64,000 nucleotides of DNA, taken from a virus. The notes beneath the pieces are model-generated. The model did no database searches. It was given only the letters and a program-made list of their open reading frames with translations, and had not been told where the DNA came from. Positions 8,628 through 18,493 of this stretch are shown here, one piece after another. The DNA lies in IMG/VR virus record IMGVR_UViG_3300042389_001027, positions 1 through 64,000 of that record; one strand, given 5' to 3'. The translations under genes were made by a program, and so were the position numbers. The first letter of the stretch is position 1, and every line of letters starts with the position of its first letter.

Positions 8628-10553
8628 GTGCCTATTCTTGACCAATCTTTTGTTGACTCCTACAAGACGAAAACTCCACCATGGGGATTCGGCGGACTTG
8701 GCGAAATCGTGTACCTGCGCACGTATAGCCGTCCTGTGGAAGGAACAGACAGAACTGAAACATGGGAAGAGACTGTGCAGCGTGTTATCAACGGTGCAGT
8801 AGAAATCGGTGTCCCATACAACAAGGCTCAGGCTGAAGCACTGTTTGACCACATGTACAACCTTCGCTGTTCAATGTCTGGTCGCGCCCTTTGGCAACTC
8901 GGTACGCCACTAGTTCAGATGTTTAACGGCACATCACTCAACAACTGCTACTTCACAAACATTGAAACAGTTGAAGACTTTGAACTTCTGTTTGACTACC
9001 TCATGCTCGGTGGAGGCGTCGGCTTTTCTGTTGAGCGTTCCAAAATTCACGACCTGCCAAAAGTTAAGGGCGGAGTAAAAATCACACACGAGCGAACAAA
9101 CGATGCAGACATCATCGTTCCCGACTCGCGTCAAGGTTGGCGACGTCTTCTTCACAGTGTTCTCAAGTCGTACTTTGAAACAGGTAAATCTTTTACGTAC
9201 TCCACGATTTTGATTCGTGAATTCGGTGCACGCCTCAAGACTTTCGGCGGTACAGCATCTGGTCCTGGTGCATTGATTGACGGCATTGCTGACATTTGCG
9301 CCGTTATGGATAATCGCGCTGGAAAGAAGTTGCGTTCAATTGACGTTCTTGATATTTGCAACATCATCGGACGAATTGTTGTGTCTGGTTCATCGCGTCG
9401 CTCAGCACAAATTGCAATCGGCGACCCAGATGACGTTCTGTTCTTGCGTGCAAAAAACTGGGGGAGCGGAGATGTTCCAGCATGGCGCGCCAACTCAAAC
9501 AACAGCATTTATGCTGATTACTACGACCATATTCTTCCTGAATTATGGAAGGGTTACGCAGGCAATGGCGAACCATACGGATTACTCAATCGTCGTCTCG
9601 CACGCAAATACGGTCGTATCGGAGAAGTGCGTCCAGATAACTCCATTGAAGGTTTTAATCCATGCGCCGAAATTGCACTTGCTGACGGTGAATCGTGCAA
9701 CCTTGCAACAATTTTTCTACCGAATATTGAATCGTACGAGCAGTTCACAGAAATTTCCCATCTCCTCTACATGTGCCAAAAGCAAATCACTCGCATGGAT
9801 TACCCATATGAAAAGACAACCGCAATCGTTCGCAAGAACGCACGTTTGGGTCAGTCAATCACTGGCATCTTGCAATCAACAGAGGAGCAACTATCGTGGC
9901 TCAGCAAGGGCTACGAATTCCTTGACGCACTAGACAAGGAGTACTCAGCGAAGAATGGTCTACCTGAGTCTGTTCGCCTCACAACCGTACAGCCATCAGG
10001 CACATTGTCACTTCTCCCAGGCATCACACCCGGCGTACACCCAGCGTTTGCGCGTTACTACGTACGTCGTGTTCGTTTCAACGCTGCAGACAAACTCGTT
10101 GACGCATGTCGCAAGCGTGGATACAAGGTGGTTTGGGAAATTGGGTTGGATGGACGCGAAGACCACACGAAGTATGTTGTGGAGTTCCCATGCAAATCAC
10201 CAGACAACGCCGTATTGGCGGGAGACATGACTGCTGTTTCGCAACTTGAATGGGTTAAGAAGATGCAGGCAGAATGGGCTGACAATGCAGTATCCGTGAC
10301 CGTCTATTATCGCAAGGAAGAACTTGACGAGATTCGGGCATGGTTGGCTGAGAACTACGACACCTCCATCAAGTCCGTGTCCTTCTTGTTGCACGCTGAC
10401 CACAACTTCCCGCTACCACCATACGAGGAAATTTCCAAGGAGCAGTATGAGAAGTTGCTTGGGAAGATTGACTTGTCTATCCCAATGCAGTCCGCAGCCA
10501 ACATGACAATTGATTTGGACGATTGCTCCACAGGTGCCTGCCCTGTAAAGTAG
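8628..10553 (+). CDS. nrdJ: Class II (adenosylcobalamin-dependent) ribonucleotide reductase
   Basis: YLRTYSR, LNNC, GFNPCAEI, TTVQPSGT, C-terminal CSTGACP; no adjacent beta subunit. Confidence 0.93.
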   Translation: MPILDQSFVDSYKTKTPPWGFGGLGEIVYLRTYSRPVEGTDRTETWEETVQRVINGAVEIGVPYNKAQAEALFDHMYNLRCSMSGRALWQLGTPLVQMFNGTSLNNCYFTNIETVEDFELLFDYLMLGGGVGFSVERSKIHDLPKVKGGVKITHERTNDADIIVPDSRQGWRRLLHSVLKSYFETGKSFTYSTILIREFGARLKTFGGTASGPGALIDGIADICAVMDNRAGKKLRSIDVLDICNIIGRIVVSGSSRRSAQIAIGDPDDVLFLRAKNWGSGDVPAWRANSNNSIYADYYDHILPELWKGYAGNGEPYGLLNRRLARKYGRIGEVRPDNSIEGFNPCAEIALADGESCNLATIFLPNIESYEQFTEISHLLYMCQKQITRMDYPYEKTTAIVRKNARLGQSITGILQSTEEQLSWLSKGYEFLDALDKEYSAKNGLPESVRLTTVQPSGTLSLLPGITPGVHPAFARYYVRRVRFNAADKLVDACRKRGYKVVWEIGLDGREDHTKYVVEFPCKSPDNAVLAGDMTAVSQLEWVKKMQAEWADNAVSVTVYYRKEELDEIRAWLAENYDTSIKSVSFLLHADHNFPLPPYEEISKEQYEKLLGKIDLSIPMQSAANMTIDLDDCSTGACPVK

Positions 10554-10557
10554 GCTC

Positions 10558-11280
10558 ATGCCTATGGAACACATCATCATTGTCTCGTATCCGCGAAGTG
10601 GAACAACAGTAATTCAACGCATTTTGAACCGTGCTGAGGGGACTGTTGTTAGAGGGGAGACCATAGGCTCAATCGTTCATTTGGCAGAATATGTCAAACT
10701 GCTAGAGGAGATGCGTAGTAGCGTTGTTCCTCTCCTTGTGCCAGATATCCCGCCCAACAGCGACAAAAACCCTATGTATGGTCATGATGGGATTGATACG
10801 GATTTAATTGTTGACAGCATGAGGCATGCGATTGAATTCGGCACTCTGAGTTGTCCACAGGGAACATTTAGACTTGGGTGGAAAGAGAACTTTATTAACC
10901 CAAAGAACTTGGGGCATCAAAAGTCTGTTTATGTTCTCCAGTTCATACAGCGACTTTTTCCGAATATCAAATTCGTGTTCAATACCCGTGAGCCAGAAAT
11001 GATGAAGACGAGTGCTATCTGGAAGAACAAGATAAATCCCGTTGAAGAAATTCTTGAATGTAAAAGTTTTATTGAATCAGTTTACGGTTCTGGTGTGCTC
11101 GGCGCTGAAAATACAACTCTTTTAGAGTACGAGACATGGGCAGGCGGACTTGATTACGAACACGGCAAGGGTGACGCCGAATATGTTCAACACAAGTTGG
11201 CTCAGATAGGTATCTACGTTTCCCGAGATGATATCCGAGAAGTATTGGACGAATACTTAACTCATTTACAGCACCTCTGA
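10558..11280 (+). CDS. Sulfotransferase-family protein
   Basis: 5'-PSB loop SYPRSGTT; GWKE; 3'-PB motif FNTREP...S. Confidence 0.8.
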   Translation: MPMEHIIIVSYPRSGTTVIQRILNRAEGTVVRGETIGSIVHLAEYVKLLEEMRSSVVPLLVPDIPPNSDKNPMYGHDGIDTDLIVDSMRHAIEFGTLSCPQGTFRLGWKENFINPKNLGHQKSVYVLQFIQRLFPNIKFVFNTREPEMMKTSAIWKNKINPVEEILECKSFIESVYGSGVLGAENTTLLEYETWAGGLDYEHGKGDAEYVQHKLAQIGIYVSRDDIREVLDEYLTHLQHL

Positions 11281-11284
11281 CACA

Positions 11285-11650
11285 ATGCTCGCGCATTTGC
11301 GAAATCTTGGGGCGCTTGAGCGATTAGAAGATGCCGCAACGGCACTTACTAATGCAGGGCATTGCCGCAACATGTATTTGCACCCGTATAACGGAAGTAT
11401 TAGTGCTACTGGCGCTCTTCTGCGTGCATTTGGGGTGGGAGATAAGGAGATTGCAGCGTGGGATGGAGACATCCTGTCCCTTGAGTTGCCAGACCTTCAT
11501 ATGGCTCTACTTATGGAGTTAATCAACTGCCTAGAGGCGATAGTGGATGATGACTTGGAGACATGGAACGATGGTGCAAATGCTTATGATGTTCTTCGCT
11601 TATTCCGCAATTTGGCAGTACTGATAGATTTCGGACCGCTGCGGGATTAG
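11285..11650 (+). CDS. Hypothetical protein
   Basis: 121 aa ORF with WND motif. Confidence 0.65.
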   Translation: MLAHLRNLGALERLEDAATALTNAGHCRNMYLHPYNGSISATGALLRAFGVGDKEIAAWDGDILSLELPDLHMALLMELINCLEAIVDDDLETWNDGANAYDVLRLFRNLAVLIDFGPLRD

Positions 11651-12048
11651 TTCTTAAACTCTGCCCAAGTTTTATCCCCAACACCAAAATACTCACGGGC
11701 AAACCCAGCCTGAATAATGTCTGTGTTGAGACATGCAGTAGAAGGGTCTTCAACTTTGTCCGAGGAGAATATGCGGGCAAGAATGCGACCGTATTTATCA
11801 TTTTTGTCAGGGATTGTATTAACAAATACCCATTTGTGGCTGGTTAACCAATCTTGAGTGAACTGCTTGGCTTTTAGACCGAGTTCTTTCTCCTTGAGGT
11901 CTTTTGTGCGTGATTCTGGGGTGTTAACTCCGTAGAGGCGCACACGGATTTTGTGGTGTACATCAAAGCCGAGGTCAACCATCAAATCAAGTGTGTCCCC
12001 ATCAATCACCTTGAGGACAGTTGCTCCATACCAAAATCGTTCAGCCAT
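11647..12048 (-). CDS. Thermonuclease (SNase-like)
   Basis: VIDGDT, VRLYGVNTPE, DKYGRILA. Confidence 0.92.
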   Translation of the reverse strand: MAERFWYGATVLKVIDGDTLDLMVDLGFDVHHKIRVRLYGVNTPESRTKDLKEKELGLKAKQFTQDWLTSHKWVFVNTIPDKNDKYGRILARIFSSDKVEDPSTACLNTDIIQAGFAREYFGVGDKTWAEFKN

Positions 12049-12060
12049 GCATACATTATC

Positions 12061-12600
12061 TCATACGTGGATTAGGTCTACGATTAGGTGGACACGGAAT
12101 TCAGAACCGCCATTAATTACGGAATGATACTTATCCGTGTTGTCAATGAGCCATAACTCCCCAGCAGCAAGATGTTCAGTTTCGTCACCTACTGTGAATA
12201 AGCATTTGTTATTTGTGACAATAGGCAGATGAACTCTGTGAGTTTTCGCACTCACATCACCCCTATCTTTGTGCCGTTTAATTTCACCGTTGGGTGCCAT
12301 TCTTGCTAAGAATGCACGCGCTGGCGAGGCAGGAAATACTCTGTCGGAGTAAATAGAGCATATGGAATGTACTGCGCTTGAGAAAACCGCAAACATAGAA
12401 TGTTCGCGCTGGCTACTTAATACGTCCCTTGTTCCATAAAGTAATGGGATTGTGTCAGTCTGCCCACCAGCGATACCGCCCATATTCTTGCGTTCACGGT
12501 AGGACACCCAGTCATTATCAGATAATGCGGAAACGCTATGAAGAACATCTTCAAATTGTGGGAGTCTCCCAATGAACTGAAAATTAGTAGTTTCTTGCAT
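12061..12600 (-). CDS. Aspartyl/asparaginyl beta-hydroxylase-like 2OG-Fe(II) oxygenase
   Basis: IKRHKD (HxD), RVHLPI, HSVINGG..RVHLIVD; start placed at MQETT. Confidence 0.85.
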   Translation of the reverse strand: MQETTNFQFIGRLPQFEDVLHSVSALSDNDWVSYRERKNMGGIAGGQTDTIPLLYGTRDVLSSQREHSMFAVFSSAVHSICSIYSDRVFPASPARAFLARMAPNGEIKRHKDRGDVSAKTHRVHLPIVTNNKCLFTVGDETEHLAAGELWLIDNTDKYHSVINGGSEFRVHLIVDLIHV

Positions 12601-12615
12601 ATTTAAATGATAAAG

Positions 12616-12649
12616 CAAAAACCCCCCGCCATTTCTGACGGGGGGTTTT
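12616..12649 (-). terminator. Rho-independent terminator after the major capsid gene (possibly bidirectional)
   Basis: Minus strand CCCCCCGTCA-GAAA-TGGCGGGGGG followed by TTTTT. Confidence 0.9.
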
Positions 12650-12677
12650 CGTGCCTAAGGTAGGCGGATGTTGCTTA

Positions 12678-13979
12678 TCAGGCTTCTGGAGCACCGTCAA
12701 AGTTGACGGCAACGAAAGCCTCTGGGCGCTTGACTGCGAGAGCAAGACGCTGTTCAGCGAGAACAACAATTGCGTTGCGGACGAAGAAGTCTGCGTGCTG
12801 TTCGCTGATGCGGATGCTTGCCTGCTCACGGTCGTACAACTGAGCACCAGTGCCGAATGCGCCGACGAGAGCGGTGCCCTCGGTCATTGCTGGGGTGTCC
12901 ACGACGGGGATGCGCCACAAGCGTGGCTCTCCGCCAAGGGCAACCGAAACGGCGACGAGGTACTGACCGTTGTCGTCCTTTGACAATTCAATGTCTTCCC
13001 AGTCGTTCGGGTGAAGAACGACACCAGTTGGCTCGTAGTAAGCGAGGAACGAAAGGGTCGCGGCGCGACGGATTGCGTCAGCCTTGGTGTCCTTAAGTGC
13101 TCCTGCCGACCAGTCGTAACTCTGGATGCCAGTGGTTTCCATGATGCCGAGGAGGTTTTCACCAGTGCCGTCACCATTGAGGATTTGAGCATCTTCCTGA
13201 AGGCGCAAGCCGTAAAGAAGTTCGTTGTCAATGATGCTGCGCAATTGTGGTTCGTCAGCAAGCACGTTACGGTGAGCGGCTTCCCAGTGAGCCAAGGTGC
13301 GAACAGGAGCCTGCTCACCAACGAAGGTGAAAGACGACTGTGGCTTGGCTGCAAATGCAGAACCGCTACGCTCAGCGACGGCGGCTGCGTTGTTGGTGAA
13401 ACCAGTCATGCGGAAGTACTCAATGACAGCAGCAGTCGTGGTACGGCTTGGGAACAAGTCGCGAACACGCTTGGTGCGCATTGGAGGAACCACGATGGGG
13501 TCACGCTGGATGGAACCGAACGAACCAGGGGTGCCCGATGGCAGAGCGCTGTAGACGTCCTTGGTGCTCCAGAGACCAGTGACATCGCCACGGTTCAACT
13601 GGAATGGGCTTGGCATGTTCGCACCGTTCTTGCCACCGTTCAATGTCTTGAATTCTGGTGAATCAAGGAACATCTGACCGAGGCTCTTGGCGGATGGAAC
13701 TTCAGTCCACTGACCCTGAGCGGCAGCAGCCTGAGCCACTGAGCCACCCTGAGGCTGTGAACCCCAAGCGTCAACTTCGCGCATGCTCTCAAGACCCTCA
13801 ATGAGGCTCTTGATTTCGCGGATGTCACGCATGTTGTTGTCAAAAGCGGACTTTTGTTCTGAAGAGACGACAACGGTGCCGTCTTCAATCTTGAACGAGT
13901 CAGCAATGGTCTTGTTGTCTGCCATCTTGGCGCGAAGTGCACCTTGAAGTTCAGACAGGCGGTGTTGGTCAAAAGACAT
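12678..13979 (-). CDS. Major capsid protein, HK97 fold with N-terminal delta domain
   Basis: VRDLF, TLAHW, QILNGDG, VLHPNDW, LWRIPVV, FVRN..VVLAEQR..VKRPEAFV; biased codon usage; GGAG RBS. Confidence 0.96.
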   Translation of the reverse strand: MSFDQHRLSELQGALRAKMADNKTIADSFKIEDGTVVVSSEQKSAFDNNMRDIREIKSLIEGLESMREVDAWGSQPQGGSVAQAAAAQGQWTEVPSAKSLGQMFLDSPEFKTLNGGKNGANMPSPFQLNRGDVTGLWSTKDVYSALPSGTPGSFGSIQRDPIVVPPMRTKRVRDLFPSRTTTAAVIEYFRMTGFTNNAAAVAERSGSAFAAKPQSSFTFVGEQAPVRTLAHWEAAHRNVLADEPQLRSIIDNELLYGLRLQEDAQILNGDGTGENLLGIMETTGIQSYDWSAGALKDTKADAIRRAATLSFLAYYEPTGVVLHPNDWEDIELSKDDNGQYLVAVSVALGGEPRLWRIPVVDTPAMTEGTALVGAFGTGAQLYDREQASIRISEQHADFFVRNAIVVLAEQRLALAVKRPEAFVAVNFDGAPEA

Positions 13980-14124
13980 TTTTTACTCCTGTGAGTGTTG
14001 AAGGGTTTTTTTGTTGCTTAATTAACTTGCGGTTTAGGTAAGCACCCAACCAACGTGTCTTTATGTAAGATACACGACGGATACTACGGTTAATGTAACT
14101 TTCGTAGATTTCGTTATGTTCTTG

Positions 14125-15345
14125 TTAAAACTCTTGATTGAGTGAGACCACATAATGTCTAGTAACGTTCTTTGCCTCGCCACGGCGGAAAGATACACCA
14201 ACCGATGGGTCGGTTAATTCCTCGTAAGTTTCGCCATCAATGGTAAAAGATTTTGCCCCGAGTCCTCTTTTCTTCCAAGGGTGACCATCAGGGAGTAGGT
14301 CGTTATCTGTTGTATATGAAGCCTTTGCAGAGCCAGACATCAAAAGTCTCAAGAAAGCATTGACACGACCCATAGCCCACTGACCGCGAGTCATGCCGGG
14401 TCGGTGACTAACACTAAAAGCACCAGCCCCACGGCGGTAGACAGCCTTGAGGGCTCTAAGGCTGGTTTTTGACCAGTCGTCTTTGTTTTTTTTCTTGACA
14501 TCAGCATTATGGTCGCGAACCTTAGAAATCAAAGCGTTCTCAACCGCAATCGTTACTGATATCCCAGATGCCGAAGACGTGGACGAAGCAGAGCCGACGC
14601 TATTCCTAGACGAACCGATAATTCTGTCTTTCTTTGGCGCGGGCGTCTTAGCGAGTGACTTTTCTTCACCATCCTCGTCTTTCTTCTTGGGGCGTCCGTC
14701 GTTTCTGAGTCCACGTACCTTGTTGTAGTCGGGGGAGTTTGTACATGGGAGGTAGACGATTTTGCCGTCTCTTGCCCTGTAACTTCGGATACCAATGCAC
14801 CCGAGTTGTCTTGCTCGCACGCGTGCCGATTCTGGGTCGGTAAATACGTCAGGGTCGGTAGAGCGTGAAACATAGTTGACAAAACCCTTGGCATCCATTG
14901 GCTCAATTGTTAAGTCAAGGCTCTTTGCGGAAACTAAACCACCACCCGGCAATGTGTCAATCCCCATAATCGGGCTTTCCGTCAGTTTCTCAAAATCTGA
15001 CGGCTTTTCCTCTGGTGTGCCATTTTTGTGGATGCTGTAAAACAACGTGCCATTTTTAGCAATTGTTCGTACCGAATATCCGCGACGCTTTGCTTCAGCA
15101 AGAGCCTCATCATAAGACGAATACAGTTTGCCACTCTTAGACGCTGCTGTAGCCGCCTTGACGTTGACTATTGGCGAAAGGGACTTCTCAACACGCCTAT
15201 GTTCCTGTCCGCGAATAGCAGCAGTCATTTCCTCATGGGTAGCGCATGGCATCCAACGCCCGTCGGCATCTTGGTGAGCGCCGTAACACCCGAGCATTCG
15301 TGCCACGCGCATCGCCTGCTTGCGTGTTGCGTAGTTCATTGTCAC
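14125..15345 (-). CDS. Multidomain head-associated protein (three DUF3721-like WMPC repeats + DUF5824-like domain)
   Basis: ARMLGCYGAH...WMPC, AKRRGY (degenerate), ARQLGCIG...YLPC; LKAVYRRGAGAF..SHRPG...QWAMGRVNAF. Family names are recalled, not searched. Confidence 0.7.
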   Translation of the reverse strand: MTMNYATRKQAMRVARMLGCYGAHQDADGRWMPCATHEEMTAAIRGQEHRRVEKSLSPIVNVKAATAASKSGKLYSSYDEALAEAKRRGYSVRTIAKNGTLFYSIHKNGTPEEKPSDFEKLTESPIMGIDTLPGGGLVSAKSLDLTIEPMDAKGFVNYVSRSTDPDVFTDPESARVRARQLGCIGIRSYRARDGKIVYLPCTNSPDYNKVRGLRNDGRPKKKDEDGEEKSLAKTPAPKKDRIIGSSRNSVGSASSTSSASGISVTIAVENALISKVRDHNADVKKKNKDDWSKTSLRALKAVYRRGAGAFSVSHRPGMTRGQWAMGRVNAFLRLLMSGSAKASYTTDNDLLPDGHPWKKRGLGAKSFTIDGETYEELTDPSVGVSFRRGEAKNVTRHYVVSLNQEF

Positions 15346-15662
15346 GCCTCTGGGTAGAGGATTTTTACTTTCCGTGGAACGGATGAGCCCTTACCGTCCC
15401 TTTCCTCAACGTCACCCATATAAAAACCGTTATTAGAAAAAGTAGTGAAAACTTTGTCTAGTTCTTTTTGGTTCTTTTTTTGGCTGAAATACCAAACAGT
15501 TGAATGAATCAATTCCTCGTCATCAGATTGCTCATCAAGCGCATTTGCTATAAGCAGAACTTTACGACGCACTTCGTCAGGGAGTTTCATGAACTCACCT
15601 TTGATGTGTTCAATGTTTTGTGGCGTTAAGCCAACTTTTTTAGAAATATTATTCTTCGTCAC
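15342..15662 (-). CDS. Small protein downstream of the GNAT effector (candidate immunity protein)
   Basis: 106 aa; overlaps the upstream gene's 3' end; ATGA-coupled to the next gene. Confidence 0.65.
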   Translation of the reverse strand: MTKNNISKKVGLTPQNIEHIKGEFMKLPDEVRRKVLLIANALDEQSDDEELIHSTVWYFSQKKNQKELDKVFTTFSNNGFYMGDVEERDGKGSSVPRKVKILYPEA

Positions 15663-18486
15663 GGGGGTCCGCCTTAATCAGGTTCTTGTCAAGCCAGAAC
15701 GTACCGCCACCCATTGGCATGTTACTCACAAACCAGTTTTTGAGTTCGGTATCGCGTGCTCTTCGTTCTGCATTCGTACGCGCGGGGTTGCTTAACGCAT
15801 AAATGAAATCCATATGTCTTACGGATGCTGGGTCATCTCTATGTTTTTCAATCAAGTACTCTATGATATTTGCATCTTCCGCATTTTTAATTATAGAAGA
15901 GTTGCCATTTCGGAATGCGGTTAGTTGGGTAGCCATACGACCCACAGTGTCTGTGCCCATTGCGCGAGAAGGTTCAAACCCAATGCGACCCCAAACGTAA
16001 GGTCCATCATAGGCTGCTGTAACTTCAAATTTTTCAAACCCTGCAGCCTTGGCATACATAAATGCATGCTGGTTATAGATGGTTTGGATTCCGTTGTTCT
16101 TATGTGCTTCCGCATTAATTATCAGGCTGTTGTTGTAAACCTTATTGTCGTCTAGATAAATTGTCCTCCCTGTTGTACCAACTTGCGACCATGTTCCGTT
16201 CGCATTCTTGACTTCCACTACACCAGAAACCGAGATTGTTGAGCCACTGAGATTGGCGTTCATGACAGTTCTGTATGTTTTCCCATTTGAGCCCTGAATT
16301 TCAGCATGGTTATACATTGCTTTTGCCCACTCTTGCAATGCATTCTTCGCGTTTGCCCGTTCCGTAGGGCTGGCATTGCGGTCGTTGGCTTTAGCGAGAA
16401 GTTCTCGCCGTTTATCCAAAGTCATTTCTTTCCATGGAGCATTCCCTGGTCCGTAGACCCTGTCAAGGTGTTCGCCAAGAACCTGTTGTCTTTTCGCAAT
16501 CGCGTCCTTGACGCGTGCTTCTGCTTTTGCTGCTATTTCGGGGTTCAACGGTTCTGGTGCAGGCGCTGCGAGAGCAGCCTCAATTTCTGTCCTGCGTTCA
16601 GAAAACCTATCGCGTTGAGCGATTGCCTGAATAAGGTCACGCTGCTTTAGACGGTAGTCATCTCTGCGTGCTGGGTCTGCTGCATCATATGCTCGTCGTT
16701 TTTGATAAACATCTTGATTTAGTTCTGATAGGCGGCGCTGGTATCTCTGTTGCATGCCATCTCTGTCGCGGATTTGTAACATGTTGTTACCACCGCCATT
16801 GAACATGCCGTTAAAGTTCTCGTCCGCCGCGCGATTACCATTTCGTGCCGCATCCATTGCGCGCTGAACACGTACAGGAATCTCCTGCTCATTCTGTGCT
16901 TCAAAGAATTGACGCCACTGAGCCTCTGTCCTTCCACGGACATCGTCATTATCGGCAAGACGCATTGGCTGTGCTGGTAACGATGGTGGACGGTTACTTC
17001 CTGATGGGACGATAGGTTCTGGTGGATTGGGGATTTCTGGTGCTGGGCTTGGCTCTGGAACATTTGGTTGTTCCGCTTGAGGGTTTCGTAGTTCTCCAAG
17101 ACGACGTTTCATTCCCTCGGCACCATTGCGATAATTTTGCAACCGAGCATTTGCCTCTATTAACAAATTAGCATTTGTTTCGGATGGTTCATTCGCAAAT
17201 AGGCGCGCAGCCTCTTGAAGACCTGAACGCTCATTGACGATTGCCTGTTCGCGATTCCGTAAAACTTCTTGAAGTTCGTCAATGTTCTCTTGACGCCACA
17301 TAGCCATGTCATTGGGGATGCCTTCATTGAGTTGCCATTCATTAAACGCTTGACGTTGGTCAAAGAAACGTTGGTCAAATTTGTCGCCAAGATATTTACG
17401 CAACTGTTGCTGATTGAGACCTTCGGCAGGAATATCCAGTGTATTGAGCCGACGCTCAATCATTTCTCGTGCGGCAGCATCACTCGCAGGTGCGGGGTTG
17501 CGTGCTTCTTCAACCTGACGCCTAGCCTGCTCTACGGTGTTCTCTGCACGAGCAGGGGTTACTTCACGCTCACGCACTTCAGCAGAACGTGCAGCATTAT
17601 CGCTTTGACCAGCGGGTACTGGAGTCGGCTTACGTGCTGGTTTGCCTTCGTTTTGACGAGATGCAGTATCACGATTATTCGCTGGTTCAGGGCGACGGCG
17701 ACGACCAGCATTAGCAGGACGGCGAGGTGCAGCAGGACGGGGGCGAGGTTCAGGACGCGGAGCAGCAGGTGCTGCTTCACCAGTGCGCGGTGCTCCTGGT
17801 TCGTTAATTTCACGCTCCATGCGACGTTCTTCTGAAGGGCGAAGATTGCGACGTGGGCGCCTAGCAGCAGCAGGGCGAGGACGTGGTTCGGCTTGAACTT
17901 GACGGCGACCACGAGGGGCTGCGGGTGCTGCGGGTGCTGCTGGTGCTTGTGGGGCATCAGCGCGGCGAGCGCGCCCTTGCTGTGGTTTATCGGGGTTAAC
18001 AACTTCAGCAATACGACCAGCGGCACGCTCAATGCGCCCAGCAGGACGTGGGGCTTCGGTTCCGACGCGGTTGCGGCGACCCCCTTGACGACCAGTTACG
18101 TCGGCAGCATCACCGATACGACCAGCAGCGCGCTCAATAGCGCCTGCTTGACCAGCCAAACGACCAGCCATACGCTCATTTCGTTGGCGCAACTTGCGTT
18201 CACGGCGACGGTCGCCTACGTTCTCAAGGCGTTCTCCAAGGTCAGAAATTTCGTTTGCAAGACGGCGAGCGACACCCCAACCGCAGTTGCGACCAAAACG
18301 GTCGGTAATCTGTCCGCCATATCGCGTACCTACTGGGCAGCGGTAGCCACCACGACGATTGGTGCCAGGGATAGCAAGAGAAGGGTCAAAAACTGCTCTA
18401 GCGCGCTTCACTTCATACAACATGGATGAGCGATTGCTCTCCGTAGTGAATCGTAGCGCTTTATATGAGACTAAGTTCTTGTCCAT
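15649..18486 (-). CDS. Large head-module protein: Cys module + R/P/A-rich linker + C-terminal GNAT-like domain
   Basis: Start likely ATG 18486 (MDKNLV, AGGA RBS). Contains RCPVGTRYGGQITDRFGRNC and C-terminal HKNNGIQT...AGFEKFEVTAAYDGPYVWGRIGF. Confidence 0.75.
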   Translation of the reverse strand: MDKNLVSYKALRFTTESNRSSMLYEVKRARAVFDPSLAIPGTNRRGGYRCPVGTRYGGQITDRFGRNCGWGVARRLANEISDLGERLENVGDRRRERKLRQRNERMAGRLAGQAGAIERAAGRIGDAADVTGRQGGRRNRVGTEAPRPAGRIERAAGRIAEVVNPDKPQQGRARRADAPQAPAAPAAPAAPRGRRQVQAEPRPRPAAARRPRRNLRPSEERRMEREINEPGAPRTGEAAPAAPRPEPRPRPAAPRRPANAGRRRRPEPANNRDTASRQNEGKPARKPTPVPAGQSDNAARSAEVREREVTPARAENTVEQARRQVEEARNPAPASDAAAREMIERRLNTLDIPAEGLNQQQLRKYLGDKFDQRFFDQRQAFNEWQLNEGIPNDMAMWRQENIDELQEVLRNREQAIVNERSGLQEAARLFANEPSETNANLLIEANARLQNYRNGAEGMKRRLGELRNPQAEQPNVPEPSPAPEIPNPPEPIVPSGSNRPPSLPAQPMRLADNDDVRGRTEAQWRQFFEAQNEQEIPVRVQRAMDAARNGNRAADENFNGMFNGGGNNMLQIRDRDGMQQRYQRRLSELNQDVYQKRRAYDAADPARRDDYRLKQRDLIQAIAQRDRFSERRTEIEAALAAPAPEPLNPEIAAKAEARVKDAIAKRQQVLGEHLDRVYGPGNAPWKEMTLDKRRELLAKANDRNASPTERANAKNALQEWAKAMYNHAEIQGSNGKTYRTVMNANLSGSTISVSGVVEVKNANGTWSQVGTTGRTIYLDDNKVYNNSLIINAEAHKNNGIQTIYNQHAFMYAKAAGFEKFEVTAAYDGPYVWGRIGFEPSRAMGTDTVGRMATQLTAFRNGNSSIIKNAEDANIIEYLIEKHRDDPASVRHMDFIYALSNPARTNAERRARDTELKNWFVSNMPMGGGTFWLDKNLIKADPRDEE

Positions 18487-18493
18487 TTGATTC

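Noticed and set aside
8934-10506. Alternative-frame and antisense ORFs within nrdJ (also in the capsid, tape measure and fibre genes)
   Set aside because: They have no RBS or motifs and are expected by-products of codon bias.
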